Shown here piece after piece: positions 50,001 through 61,083 of a DNA stretch of 64,000 nucleotides; position 1 is the stretch's first letter, and the number at the start of each line of letters is the position of its first letter. A model generated the notes under the pieces. The model was not told where the DNA came from, did no database searches, and saw only the letters and a program-made list of their open reading frames with translations. Position numbers and translations under genes: made by a program. The stretch spans positions 1,518,784-1,582,783 of the forward strand of contig CAJINV010000004.1 in the NCBI GenBank assembly GCA_905178155.1. The letters are read 5' to 3'. The DNA comes from Amoebophrya sp. A120. Lineage: Eukaryota > Protista > Dinoflagellata.

Positions 50001-53000
50001 CCTTATCTTCGTGATCGTGATAGCATGCCCATGCGCTTGACATCGAGTTCCAAAACATATTTTACCATTATTTAGAGGATGCTCCGCATAGTTGGATTGG
50101 GCATGCAAATTTGCAATGAGAAACGCTGGGCGGCGGGGACGTTTTTCCATAGGATACTGCATTCTTGCCCTGATGGCTTCGCCGGTGCTATTCGAAAAAT
50201 TCGAGCGGATCGTTCAGATGTTGTTCGACGTGCAGATGGGATACGCAAGAAAACAAATCTACCGTGCAACCACACGACGGGCAAAATGCATCTTCACAAA
50301 GAGCCCGAAACATGATTGAGACTTGTCATGCAGAATGTGTTGACTGCAACTGCAACTGCTCGTGACGGGGAAGAGCGAAAAGCTTGTTTGGCATGCAATG
50401 TGAAATAAAACGAATGCCAGCATCATGATAGATCATTCGTGCCCGTCATGGTCTACGGTAATCTCAGAGTTTTTCAAGTGGATGCGAAGGTTCTGATCCA
50501 GAAGGAGACCCAAGACTGGAAGGTCTTCTGCATGATGCACGCCTTGGGAATATCCCGTGTAAAAACGTCCCCACACCACAGTTGTCATGCAATTCTGCAT
50601 GCCAAAAGGAAAAGCCAAAAAAGTTTCTCATGCGGAGCCCTATAATGAGAAGCATTTTCTAGTCGTGTTTTGGTATTTGTAATGCTAGAATCAGCACGCT
50701 ATGCTAGATCTGTGATGCTTCTGCACTAGCTAAACAGGATTACACTACGAGGACAAATTTGTCATGCCAAACAACCAAAGCTGGTTGATTTGTCTAGCAG
50801 ATTTCGCATTTTGACTATGGTGTGGGGACGTTTTTAATCAGGATAGGGAACGTTCCGGCTGCGGTCCTTCGACCTGGGCTTCCACTTCGAGGAACTGGTC
50901 CTGGAGAAAACGCCCATTTTTTCGTCTTTCACGCTGCCGCCCTTAGCCGGTACTAACACGGGTGGAACAAGAACATCGGCGCTGCAATTCCGCGTTTCTA
51001 GTGCGGAAAACTGCACTCACAGTTGGGTTGTCAGTCCGGGAGGTTTATTTCCTATTGAGCCTGATGCAACTACAATCACAGATGTGACCAAAATTCCCGT
51101 CCTGCGGTCGGGCGCCGAGTTTGACACACTCGGGAAGCAGCGGGACTTGAGTGCGTTATTGGACGCCCGCGTGAAGTTTGTGGACGTGATATTGCGAAGA
51201 AAAATCCCCCCTCTCCATATTGAAAAGGTATGTTTCTAAAAATTTGTGATGCTGATTTGTGACCACAAATCCTGTCTCTCTTGCAAGAAGGCAACTCCAA
51301 AGAATCTGCCGCCTTATGGAGGCGATTTGTAAGGCCGTTTCACCTGCTACATGGCAGGCCTCTGCTATGCTAAGCGCCTACAACAAAACACCCCTACGCA
51401 GACTGAGGCTTTGCCTGTAGTGCCTCACTGCAAGACAGGTTTGTGTACACAAATCCAGCAACAGGAGTTTCCGTTTCAATATGGGGAGGGGGGATTTTTC
51501 CTCTCAATACATGACCAACCCGGGCCGCAAATTCTCGACCGGTGCAGACGCGAAAACGCCCGAGAATCGGCTGTTGCCTGCCCTGCCACAGAACTACGAT
51601 TTGTACAAGTGGGTCAAGGAGGCGCTGCTGCCCTTGTTTGATGTTCCGGGACCGGGAAAAATGGAAAGTCAAAGTACTGATTTTAGTACTTCTAACCCCT
51701 ACGTTTACCTGTCCGCGGTGGGCGGGAAAATGATGCAGCCGTACGTGAGCGGCTTCGTGTATGGCGCTCTCAAACGTTACATTCTCAACTGTTAAGTACA
51801 CGAATCTGTGATGCAAGAACAGCAAAAATGAAAGAAAAGTGGGAAGTGTGCGCCAGTTTCCATCACAAATTTGGAACGGATTGTCATGCTGCTTGGCCCG
51901 CCTTCGACAGTTTGTCATGCGAAGCACCTTGATCGTGTGGAGGCTGGTGGCAATTTTGCATGACAAAACCACGCAACAGTTGAGGGTGTAACGTTTGACA
52001 ACGCAATATCGTGCGCCGGTTTTTTTTGGAGTTGAAGTTGAAGGGGCTGATTCTAGCCTGTCTGGACGAAGACGGGTTGGCGGCCTGTCAGGCGGAAAAG
52101 AGGAGGTACTATACCACTGCTTGCTTTTTTTTTCCGATTCCACTCTTGGTTTTTGTGATTCGTCAGCTCTCCCTCGTTGGCAAGCGAGCCTCCTGCACGA
52201 AGATGCAAGTGGCGAGGAGAATAAACTGCATAAAGTTCTTGATGATGTACACAACGAATTTTGAAGTTTTTTTTTATTGTATGATGTTGCGTCATGATGC
52301 ATATGCTTCAAAAACAAAATTCCAACAAACACATCAAAGTAACTCCTTCAGATTCTCCTCCGCGTCCGGCGCGACAACTGCCGAAGACCCGTATGCCACT
52401 TTTCTTTGTCTGGACTCGCAACAAGGGCACGTGATTTACAACAAGCATCGGTGGATACCGGTTTTGCTCAGCATGAATCTGTACGCATTTTTGCAAATAT
52501 GTCTGGGTCGGGAAGAGTCAACATTGCAAGGTTTCTGGCCATGCTTGCCTGCAGTGACTTTGAGCTCGGTGATTTGCCGTCGTGGGCGCAAAAAGATATT
52601 CTTGCCTGTCATGCACAAACGCCGTCTGACTTGCGGAATTCTGATTCGCAAGAACACATACATAGCAGCTCGTCAACGACAAAACATTGCTGCGCTCCTT
52701 CGTTGCGCCTTACATGGCGCCGCCCACAATTCGTCACAGACTAGCATTTTACGACTTGTTTCCAGACTCAGATGAAATATTTCCAGTGCATAATCTGGAT
52801 GTCCTTTGGCTAGACTTCGATATCTACCTGTTTCAAGACCCCGTGAAGCACATCAAAACCCTGGTGCCCGATCCGGAGCTCAAGGGCGTGCTGGACTTCG
52901 AAAAGAAAAAGCGGAGGAACCTACCACTGACCTTTGCAAACGTGCCCGAGACGTCGCATCACCCGGACGAGCCGATCGGGTTTGATACCGATTCGGTGGA

Positions 53001-55334
53001 AGATATCACGAGATGAACCCAGGTTGGAAATCGTCAGAAGTGAAATAATCTGTCATGCTCGACCCAGGGTTTCTAGTCGGCGCAACGTGACAAATTTTCC
53101 TGACGCCATAAAGCGGATCTGCCAATAATGCCGCTTAGGGCAAAGAAGTGTCCTCATGTCATGCAAGTCATCACCTCCTGTTCAGTTCCTGCTGCTGCCC
53201 TTCTCTTGACCTCAGTACAACTACTTAATCAGGACTACTTACAAGAATCCTCCGCCTCCCTTGCTCTCTCTACTGCCGCAATACTTACACGCACTTCTTT
53301 CGTCGCGTTTGATGCAGATCGCAGACTATTTATTCCCTTTTGCGGCGAGTATCCAACCTGAAGACGCTCCTTCCATAGAGGACCTGGACAAACCGGTGGA
53401 GGTGCGGCCCCGCAGCCCCGATCTGGAGAAGCAGTATTCGCGGGCCAATGTGAAGAAGATTTACCGCGAAATTCGGTCCGCACCGCAGTACGTGCCCCTC
53501 AGGGATCCGGCCACGGACGCCACCGGAGGAGTGACTAGTACCTGGTCCTCGTGGGCCTCGCAAGCAGTGCAGGAAAAAGGACCCTCGTCGTCCGAGCTGC
53601 TCCCGGATATCTATGTCACCGAGCACTACGACGCTCTGTGCCTCAACTCTGGCGTCTTTTTCGTCCGCAGCAATGCCAAAACGCTGGAATTTTTTCTGGA
53701 ATTCCTGCGCTGGCAGTACGAGCACGTGTTTGCCGATAATCAGAACGGGTTTGACGCCTTTCTGAGGCACTCCTGCGCCGACAGCTACGTGCCAGCAAAA
53801 CTTCCGGCCATAACGTACTTACTTATTTACAGATCGATACATAGTGAAGATGTTGCAGGAGCCTTCCTAGATGACATGATCGTGCTGCTCGATATTTTAG
53901 CTTGTTTTGTCGTGTAGAAAGAAATTGACCGTACTATCGCACTTTTGAATGGATGTAGCCATGTTAATGTAATGTAGATGTACATATTAATGCAAATAAA
54001 ATTTAGGTACGGTCTTCTGGACGTCGAGCAGAGCTACTTGTGTGCCGAGGGTTGGCACGGTCCATCGGTGGAAAAAGCGATTCTGTTCCACTTTTGGACC
54101 TCGGACTTCGACCACAAAAACAAGCGGCGGGACGGCAGTCCCATTCGGATGAAGAAGAAGCACTATTTCGATCTCTTCTACCCCACCGAGGGCGGTGCGC
54201 GGGACGAGGCGGAAGTTGTGAGTTTGCTAGAAGATCTCCGCTACCAAGTGCAAATGAAGATAAACTTAAGCACCTCCTCCACACTCGGCAAAGTACTGTA
54301 CAACCTGCTGCATAATAAGTCGTAAGACAAATAAGAACCTTCTCATGTTTGCTTTTTCTCGAAAAAAATGGAAATTGCCATTCAGAGTGTAAGGGCAGTG
54401 GGTGCGATGTTTTTGCAGTGCATACACGGTACCCGAGGTTTAAGATTCTGGAGAAGTGCGCGGTAATGACCACTGGAATCAATGATTTGATCGAGGCCAC
54501 TATCCAGGAGAAAAACTGCAACTAATGTGATGCAAGAGTAGGAGTACTGTAACTGTTGCAGACATGACATGATTCGGCCGGATATCATACGCCAGCAGAG
54601 GCCATGTTCGCACGTGGTTCTATTCACGCAGACGTCTAGCCGCTCTCGACATTGACGAGTTATTGTTGTGGCCAGGTAGAACAAACATAAAATTGTGATG
54701 CCGGTGCTAGGTCAAGGTCCAGAGAACTTACGACCACCTACAATAGTCGCACAATAATGTTTTTCAATGGATAGCCCAGGCCGGGTTGGACCCAAAAGCA
54801 GCTGCGAACAGCGGGGGTAGCGGGTCGCTGAAACCCAACCACCAGGAGTTCGAGCAGCGCCGGCGCGAGGCCGTACAGAAGTTAGAGGACCAGAAGCGGC
54901 GACAGGTATCAAATGCAAAAATGTCTGGATCTGGAAGACTGGTAGGTTTGTCATGTGGGTTTTCCATGACCCACACGGTGTGCCATGCACGGCCTAGCAT
55001 GACAGGTTCTGCGAGATCTCTATCATGCCGTTCCTGCATGAGAAACTGCCTCTAAACTTGTTCAAAAGTGGACCTCTTTTAGTAATTCCGCAACACAAAT
55101 TTTTCCACGATCCAGATGTGGCATGACAAGTTACACTCTTCCAGACCCAGACATATTTGCAATGCATAACAGGGGAAGCTAAACGAGCTGAAAGCGGAGT
55201 ACGGCATTGACATTTTGGAGATGCAGCAGGCCATCACCGATCTGACCCTGCAGGTGACTACGCAATCGGCGCAGATTGACGTGCTTCGGCAGCAGGTGAT
55301 GGCATTAGTGACGGGGACGCCAGTGAAGTTGTAG
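47012..55334 (+). CDS. Nucleotide-diphospho-sugar transferase (GT77 / Nucleotid_trans-like) with long N-terminal region and coiled-coil C-terminus; start approximate
   Basis: Spliced motifs LILACLDEDGLAAC, KHRWIPVLLSMNL|DVLWLDFDIYLFQDP (DxD), LNSGVFFVRSN, DNQNGFDAFL, ILFHFW; ~15 introners plus GT-AG introns. Confidence 0.7.
48065..48358. mobile_element. Introner B
   Basis: TATCCTGTGGAAAAACGT...ACGTTTTTACTCAGGATG. Confidence 0.8.
48418..48689. mobile_element. Introner G
   Basis: TACGAAAGTGCAC...GTGCACTCTCATA; joins LQT|PILEL. Confidence 0.7.
48806..49067. mobile_element. Introner A
   Basis: DR ACTTT/ACTTT. Confidence 0.9.
49168..49426. mobile_element. Introner B
   Basis: DR GACAC/GACGC. 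Confidence 0.8.
49488..49696. mobile_element. Introner C
   Basis: DR GTTTC/GTTTC. Confidence 0.9.
49816..50156. mobile_element. Degenerate introner B
   Basis: DR CTGCA/CTGCA. Confidence 0.75.
50551..50845. mobile_element. Introner B
   Basis: TATCCCGTGTAAAAACGTCCCCACACCA...TGGTGTGGGGACGTTTTTAATCAGGATA; DR GGGAA/GGGAA. Confidence 0.9.
51190..51509. mobile_element. Introner D
   Basis: DR CGTGA/CATGA. Confidence 0.85.
51760..52008. mobile_element. Introner E
   Basis: DR TCGTG/TCGTG; joins SGFV|RRFFLE. Confidence 0.85.
52106..52351 (+). other. Probable canonical GT-AG intron
   Basis: AG|GTACT...CCTTCAG|; in-frame join; length is a multiple of 3, so retention cannot be excluded. Confidence 0.5.
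52482..52792. mobile_element. Degenerate introner A
   Basis: DR ATCTG/ATCTG; joins MNL|DVLWLDFD. Confidence 0.8.
53815..54006 (+). other. Canonical GT-AG intron
   Basis: AT-rich, GTACTT...TTTAG; joins PAI-T-YGLLDV. Confidence 0.7.
54242..54424. mobile_element. Degenerate introner
   Basis: TACCAAGTGCAAA...TTTGCAGTGCATA; joins DL|RYPRFK. Confidence 0.6.
54501..54773. mobile_element. Degenerate introner
   Basis: TATCCAGGAGAAAAAC...GTTTTTCAATGGATA; DR GCCAC/GCCCA. Confidence 0.6.
54907..55168. mobile_element. Introner A, reverse internal orientation
   Basis: DR ACAGG/ACAGG. Confidence 0.9.
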
Positions 55335-56198
55335 GACCGAAGGTGTCGAAGTCGAAGCAGCAGCAAAATTATTGTTCAGTTCACTTCAATAGAGAGCGTT
55401 CTTCGAATGACTAAAACGATATAAGGAAGCAGAATGAAATTTTCTGGAGTTTCAAACGACAGCGCAGGCCACTAAAATTGGGAAAACCTTCTGTAAATCA
55501 TCTCTCTGGAGGTGTACAACTAGCTTTGCCGTTCGTGTGGGCACAATTTAGTGCGGGGCGCCCTCCGCTGGTTCCGATGGATAGGATACTCCAGGTCCAC
55601 CTTTTCTTCTCGTTGTACTTCTAGGCGTACTTCTATGCTGCCTTGCTTCACATAAAATTTTCGTGAGTCTTCTTCAAAATCTGACTCGTCGTTGCTTTTG
55701 TCGTACACGACCCTTGCTATCTGTTTTAAAAAGTAAGTACAAATTATGCATTCGGTCGTCGTCCATGTTAATGCGAGGAAGATAGGTTGTCGGTCGTCTT
55801 CGTGTTCGTTCATCTGGTCGGTCGTCTTCGTTCTCCTGGTTCTTGACCACACAGCGTAGATTCATCCAGTACTGGTAAAGTATCAGTATGTATAACCCTA
55901 GAAATTATCTCCGCTCAACAGAAGTTATTTCTGTATCTTTACAAGAATTCATTATCATCTGTGTCAACAGTATCTACTGAAGCAGTAACCCTGCGTACGC
56001 AAAAAGTACCGGCTAAAAACCATCAAGAGCACACTAGCCCCTTGAAACTTTGAATCAAAGAAGTCGAAGAGGACCGACAAACACATTGCTATAAATCAAG
56101 CCCCCGCCCTGAACCTGATTACTACACTTAAGACAAGACTACCGCATCGACGACTAAGCGACTCTTGCTGCACCAGGATCCTTAAATCATATTCAAAA

Positions 56199-56771
56199 AT
56201 GTATCGCTTGTCTCTCTTGGCGAAGGCCTTTCTCGCGCTGCGCGTCGCTACATGCGGATCACGGGTTGCGGGAGTCGTGCAGCAGGCGCGCAAATCCAAG
56301 AGTGGCAACCGCCGTGGAAGTCGGGAGACCCTTGGGGGCGCTTCTCACAGCATGGCAACCGACGTCGATGGCGACAAGTACGCGTTTCTTGAAGAAGCTG
56401 CTGGACAAGATTCTGAAACAGTTGACCCGCCGTCGCAAGAGGAGCTGGAGTGGATTGAGATGTATGACATCATCGGGGCTGAATTGGCAAGCGATCGCTT
56501 TTCCCCGGAGAGCAAAAAGTTGCTGGAAAAGGCACTAAATAGGTTGGACACAGCATTCAATCAGGTTGCAAACGCTCCGGAAGAAATGAGAGAGATTACG
56601 ATTGCCAATGGCAAAGATTACATCGCAATCGTCAAGGCAGCGTGGACAGAAATCGAAGGCGCTCTGCAGGATCCTGACAATCTGCAGGATCCGGACGACT
56701 TGACTTACCCAACTGGCGTCCTCAAAGACCGGTTCGTGACCGCTTTCTGGAATAAAGTGCGGTATATATAA
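56199..56771 (+). CDS. Intronless hypothetical protein, possibly with an N-terminal targeting peptide
   Basis: 190-aa ATG-initiated ORF; hydrophobic/basic N-terminus followed by an acidic helical domain. Confidence 0.55.
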   Translation: MYRLSLLAKAFLALRVATCGSRVAGVVQQARKSKSGNRRGSRETLGGASHSMATDVDGDKYAFLEEAAGQDSETVDPPSQEELEWIEMYDIIGAELASDRFSPESKKLLEKALNRLDTAFNQVANAPEEMREITIANGKDYIAIVKAAWTEIEGALQDPDNLQDPDDLTYPTGVLKDRFVTAFWNKVRYI

Positions 56772-56783
56772 AATTAGCAATTC

Positions 56784-56834
<51 letters not shown>
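56784..56834. repeat. (ATG)17 microsatellite
   Basis: Read directly from the sequence. Confidence 0.95.
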
Positions 56835-56835
<1 letters not shown>

Positions 56836-58059
56836 GAGCGAGCAAGGACCTAGTAAGGTGATGACGTCCTACGCCAAGAATGACAACACTAAAACACGAG
56901 CCACGAACATCTGGCCCCTGATTATGCTCGTGAGTAGCCTCGCAGTAAGTATGTCAGAAGCTTCACTGATAGGGTGAATGTATATACAACAGCTTATTGG
57001 GTCTGGCTCCAAGAAGATCCGCAGACAGTTTTCCAGGTCGTTGAGACGTTCTTCTGCGGAAATTCGGGCAAGGAAGAGGTGAAAGTAGAGGGGGTGTCTG
57101 GTTCCAGCGGGAATCTGGTGGAACGTTTTTGGTCAGATAAAGGGAGCCAGCCCCCGGACACAGGAAAGAAATTGAGAACAATGCACGCACAGCTACGAGG
57201 TTCTCGGAAAATCTTAACACGAGAATTAGCGCACTAGGATAAGCTGAAGCGTTTGATTGTTATGTCGGGCTCTCACACGGATTCGCGTTGTTAGCATGAG
57301 AGATTTCGCAAGTTTTCTTTCGTGTTATAGTATAAGGCCGTGCATAGTAGAATGATTGATTTTTTTTTTGGAACACTCTTGCTTGGTTAGAGCACTTTGC
57401 TTGGGAATCTTTTGAAACACTCTTGCTTAGTCAGATACATAGCGGGAGTCTGCCCTCGGACACAGAAGAGAAAACTAATAACAATGTGCGCACAGCCCCG
57501 AGCTTCTCGACAAATCTCAGGGCGAGAACTATGCCACTGAGTACGCTCTGAATTAAAAAGAGCACGCGTGGCTGATTGACCTCCGCGTGCGTTTTTTAAA
57601 AGAACGCGTTTTTTAGAAGAACGCACATGGCTGATTGACGGATTCGCGCTATGAGCGCTATCCTGCCTTGCTTCAAAAAGTCTCGCGAATCTACTTCAAA
57701 ATCATAAGGCTCATCTTTGCTCGTGTCGTTCACCCTCGCTTTCTGTTTTACTAGTTCCGTCGAAATGCGTTCCGTCGTCGTCCATCTGTTGTCGTTCGTT
57801 TTCGTTCTTGTTCCCCCTCGTCACCCCTATTGGTCGTTCATCATCGTTCTTCTGGTTGACAAAGCAGCCTACTTACTTCACATCAGATTCGATCCCACTA
57901 ACTACGCTTAACCGTAAACTTTATTTTCCCTCAACAACAGTCAACCCACGACCTACACGTCTGTTTCATTCACCACCTATAGCTCCTCCTTCTACGAGTG
58001 CAGCAGCAACCCTGCGCGTACTCATCTTCTCTCACCTATAGAACAAGCAGCATCAAAAA

Positions 58060-60055
58060 ATGGCGTCCACCACCTTCCTGAGTTCGTACGCCGTGGCGAC
58101 GCTTGCCGACGCCGAGCGTATCAAAAGCAAAAATGTCTGGGTCTGGAAGGTTGCAACTTGTGATGCTGTTTTTGGATTCCAAAAAAATCTGTATTGCATG
58201 ACCAGCGAGAGGCGTCCAGTTTGTGCTACGCAGGGACGGCATTTCTCCTGCGGAATAGGCATCAGGAAGCCCTCTAGAAATCTGTGATGCCAGGGCCTGC
58301 ATTACAGACCTCATGGGTCACGCAAAATATGCATGACAAACACGGCGATCTGCCAGACCCAGACATATTTGCATTTGATAGAGCGGCTGGCGGAGCGACT
58401 GGCCGACAAAGAGGAGTCGAGAAAGCTTGGGACGAACAAGCACACGAACGGCTCCGATGCCGAATCCGTCTCCACCCAATCCGTGCTGTCCACCGACAAG
58501 GGCGCCAGCTCATCCGCCGCGTCGAGCAGTGGCAATGAGCGCGGCGGTGCTGTTTATTCAGGTAGAACTTCCACATCAATGCGGAAGAACACCAGTGCAG
58601 CTGCTCCCACAGTGACGTCTTCGCAACTACAGCAGATGACGAACAAGGGGCCGAACAGTAGGGCCACGCCGGGCACCAGTACTGGTACTTCTATAGTACA
58701 ACGCGGAACAGGTCCTCCTGCTGGGCAGCAGACTGGTGTGGAGAACAAAACGACTACCAGTGAAAGCGAAAAAACGAGTAACGAGGTGGTGGAGAACAGT
58801 TCTGATGTGGGAGGAACGAATCCGAATGAAGATGAGAGCAATAAGCCTCGCATTTCGATGACAGGTCTACCAGTGCAGCAGATTGAACGGGCGCTCGAGC
58901 ACCGGGCGGCGCTGCTAGCCAGCATGCACGCGGGAATCGATCACGATGACGAGTTAGGGATTGAAAGTATGTACTAGTCTGGGCCTGGAAAACTGCGAGG
59001 TTATTCTGAAGATGCCAGCTCGTCCCTCAGGACGATGACGACAGAGAAATCTGTATTGCATGAGCGACAAACAAGCTAAGTAAGTACCTATTGCATTCCT
59101 GCAGACCTCCTAGATCATGCACAAGCAAGCTGCATGACGATAAACCATTTTAATGTTCTTTCAGAGCACCAGACATATTTGCAATTGATACGAGTCACAG
59201 TATGAGCACGGCGCCGCGGAGGAACGGCCGGCCACCGGTTGGGAATTCAAGCGTTTAAGTGAGTACAGGGCCGGAGAGATTGAGACGGAATTTGTCAACC
59301 GGGTCATTGACGGCGACCTGCTCTGGGTGCTGGACTGCTGCTATGCTGGAAAAAAATATCCAACTTGTACTTAGTGTGTCGCTCCTCTTGGTGGCGTGGA
59401 CTCGTTGTTCTTACAGCGTCTTCACGACGTGATGAGATGAAGACTCGTCTTGTCTTCAACATGCATCGGTACTAGTAATATGAATCATTCTGCGACAGCG
59501 ACCAATATTAATCGTTCTCTATATGAAAAGTGCTATGCGCGAACGGTTAGGGTAGCGCTATCATTGGTGTGGCTTGGTATGACAAGTTGTGACACATTTT
59601 TTTTCTTGGATAGCAGCGAGCGCGTGGGGGGGAAGCCGATCATCTGGAGCAAGTGGGGTGGGAAGTGCACTCGGATGTGTATCACACAGAAAAAAGCTAG
59701 CGTATCACATGTGAAAACAAATGCACAGGCATCGATGTACTAGGGTGCTTGAGTCGGGTTTTATGCAAGACAGATTGTTTTTGCATATACAAATGTGCTA
59801 GCTTTTTTCTCTGCGATACTGTGCCTGCTGTACGCCCTGAAGAACCGCGACGAACTGATGACAAGACTCTTGCTCCACTTCGGGGGCAACGATTTGTTGC
59901 ACGTCTGCGATTTTAAGCGGCGCAACGCCTACCACTTTGCGGAGAAAATGGACCTCGATATGGTCGCCCTGCTGAAGGGCATCGAGGGAGCCCGCGTCGA
60001 TTGCTGGCGCCAGGTGAAGCGCTCCGAGGCCTTCCGCATAAGGGCGCAGCTGTAA
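58060..60055 (+). CDS. Protein with C-terminal ankyrin-like repeats; 4 introners
   Basis: In-frame joins; C-terminus MCLLYALKNRDELMTRLLLHFGG..DFKRRNAYHFAEKMDLDMVALL. Confidence 0.7.
58119..58380. mobile_element. Introner A
   Basis: DR GAGCG/GAGCG. Confidence 0.9.
58955..59190. mobile_element. Degenerate introner A
   Basis: DR CGAGT/CGAGT; joins DDE|SQYEH. Confidence 0.75.
59342..59612. mobile_element. Degenerate introner, C-like
   Basis: DR GCTGC/GCAGC. Confidence 0.7.
59680..59818. mobile_element. Introner C
   Basis: TATCACACAGAAAAAAGCTAGC...GCTAGCTTTTTTCTCTGCGATA; DR ATGTG/CTGTG. Confidence 0.85.
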
Positions 60056-61083
60056 TGAAGGGAAAGTTATACATAGTTGTAACTACGCAGCTGCAAGAGC
60101 AAGTACAGGGCAGCTGGTGCAATTAAAAGTAAAACCAAGATGCTTGGGTGAGAGTGCAAGCCTGGAAACAAGAAGAAGATCCTTTCTTCAGCAATAATTT
60201 TTGAGCACGCCCAACCTGGAGTGCAACCGCAAGGCATTTTCTTTTGCATACACATAAACATTTACGATTCCGGTGTGGTTTGAAATTCACCCATCGTGGT
60301 CACGTTATTGCAGGAAATACTACCAAAACTTAAAAATACTTGCACGCAAGGGACACGGTGCGACAACTAACTTTCTTTCTGATGTGGTGCCGTGATATAT
60401 CATGACGGAGTCGTATTTTGGTTCCAAAAATTCTTATTTGTTGTAACCTACACTACTAACAATTCATCTTTTCCCGACAAGTTTTCCGTTCCGAAAGGTG
60501 GCCATCACCAAAAGAATCCCGTGTAGCCCACGTGACTTTGTGGTGGACGTCAATCTTTTCCTGTGTATCCCACAGGCACTAGAAGAACAAAGTAGGCCGA
60601 AGCTAGCGCACGACATTAACAACCAGAAACAAGAGAAGAGTATCGGACGGAAATAACGCAATTTTTCGCGGAAATCCCAGAGACCAGGTGGCACGGTTGT
60701 TTTCTAGGTTTGGTGTTTTCGCTTGTGTGGAGGAAACACACTGTGTGTTCTACGAAAAACTTCTTACGACCCTCTTTGTTGGCAGAAGCTGTCAGAAAAA
60801 AAATTCTTGGTCCGCATGATAAGAAATGCACTTCATCTCAAAAATTGATGATGCGAGCAGAATTTGAGCAATAACACGAGGCCGCCGTTAACATCCATGT
60901 CGTGGTCGGAAAGGATAGGACCAGTGGCGCCGAGAAAAAATCCGCAATGTCCACGTCGGAAAAATATATTATGTAAATTAAGAAAAAGTTGTTGACCAGC
61001 ATAAGCACAACATGTAGAAGTAGCCATACCCATATTCTTTTTGAATTCAATCGTCGAAGAAAAAGAAACAACATCACCACGCC

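Noticed and set aside
50242-53360. Additional degenerate introns at ~50242-50430 and ~53004-53350
   Set aside because: Probably real, but boundaries are too decayed to state, so not listed as separate features
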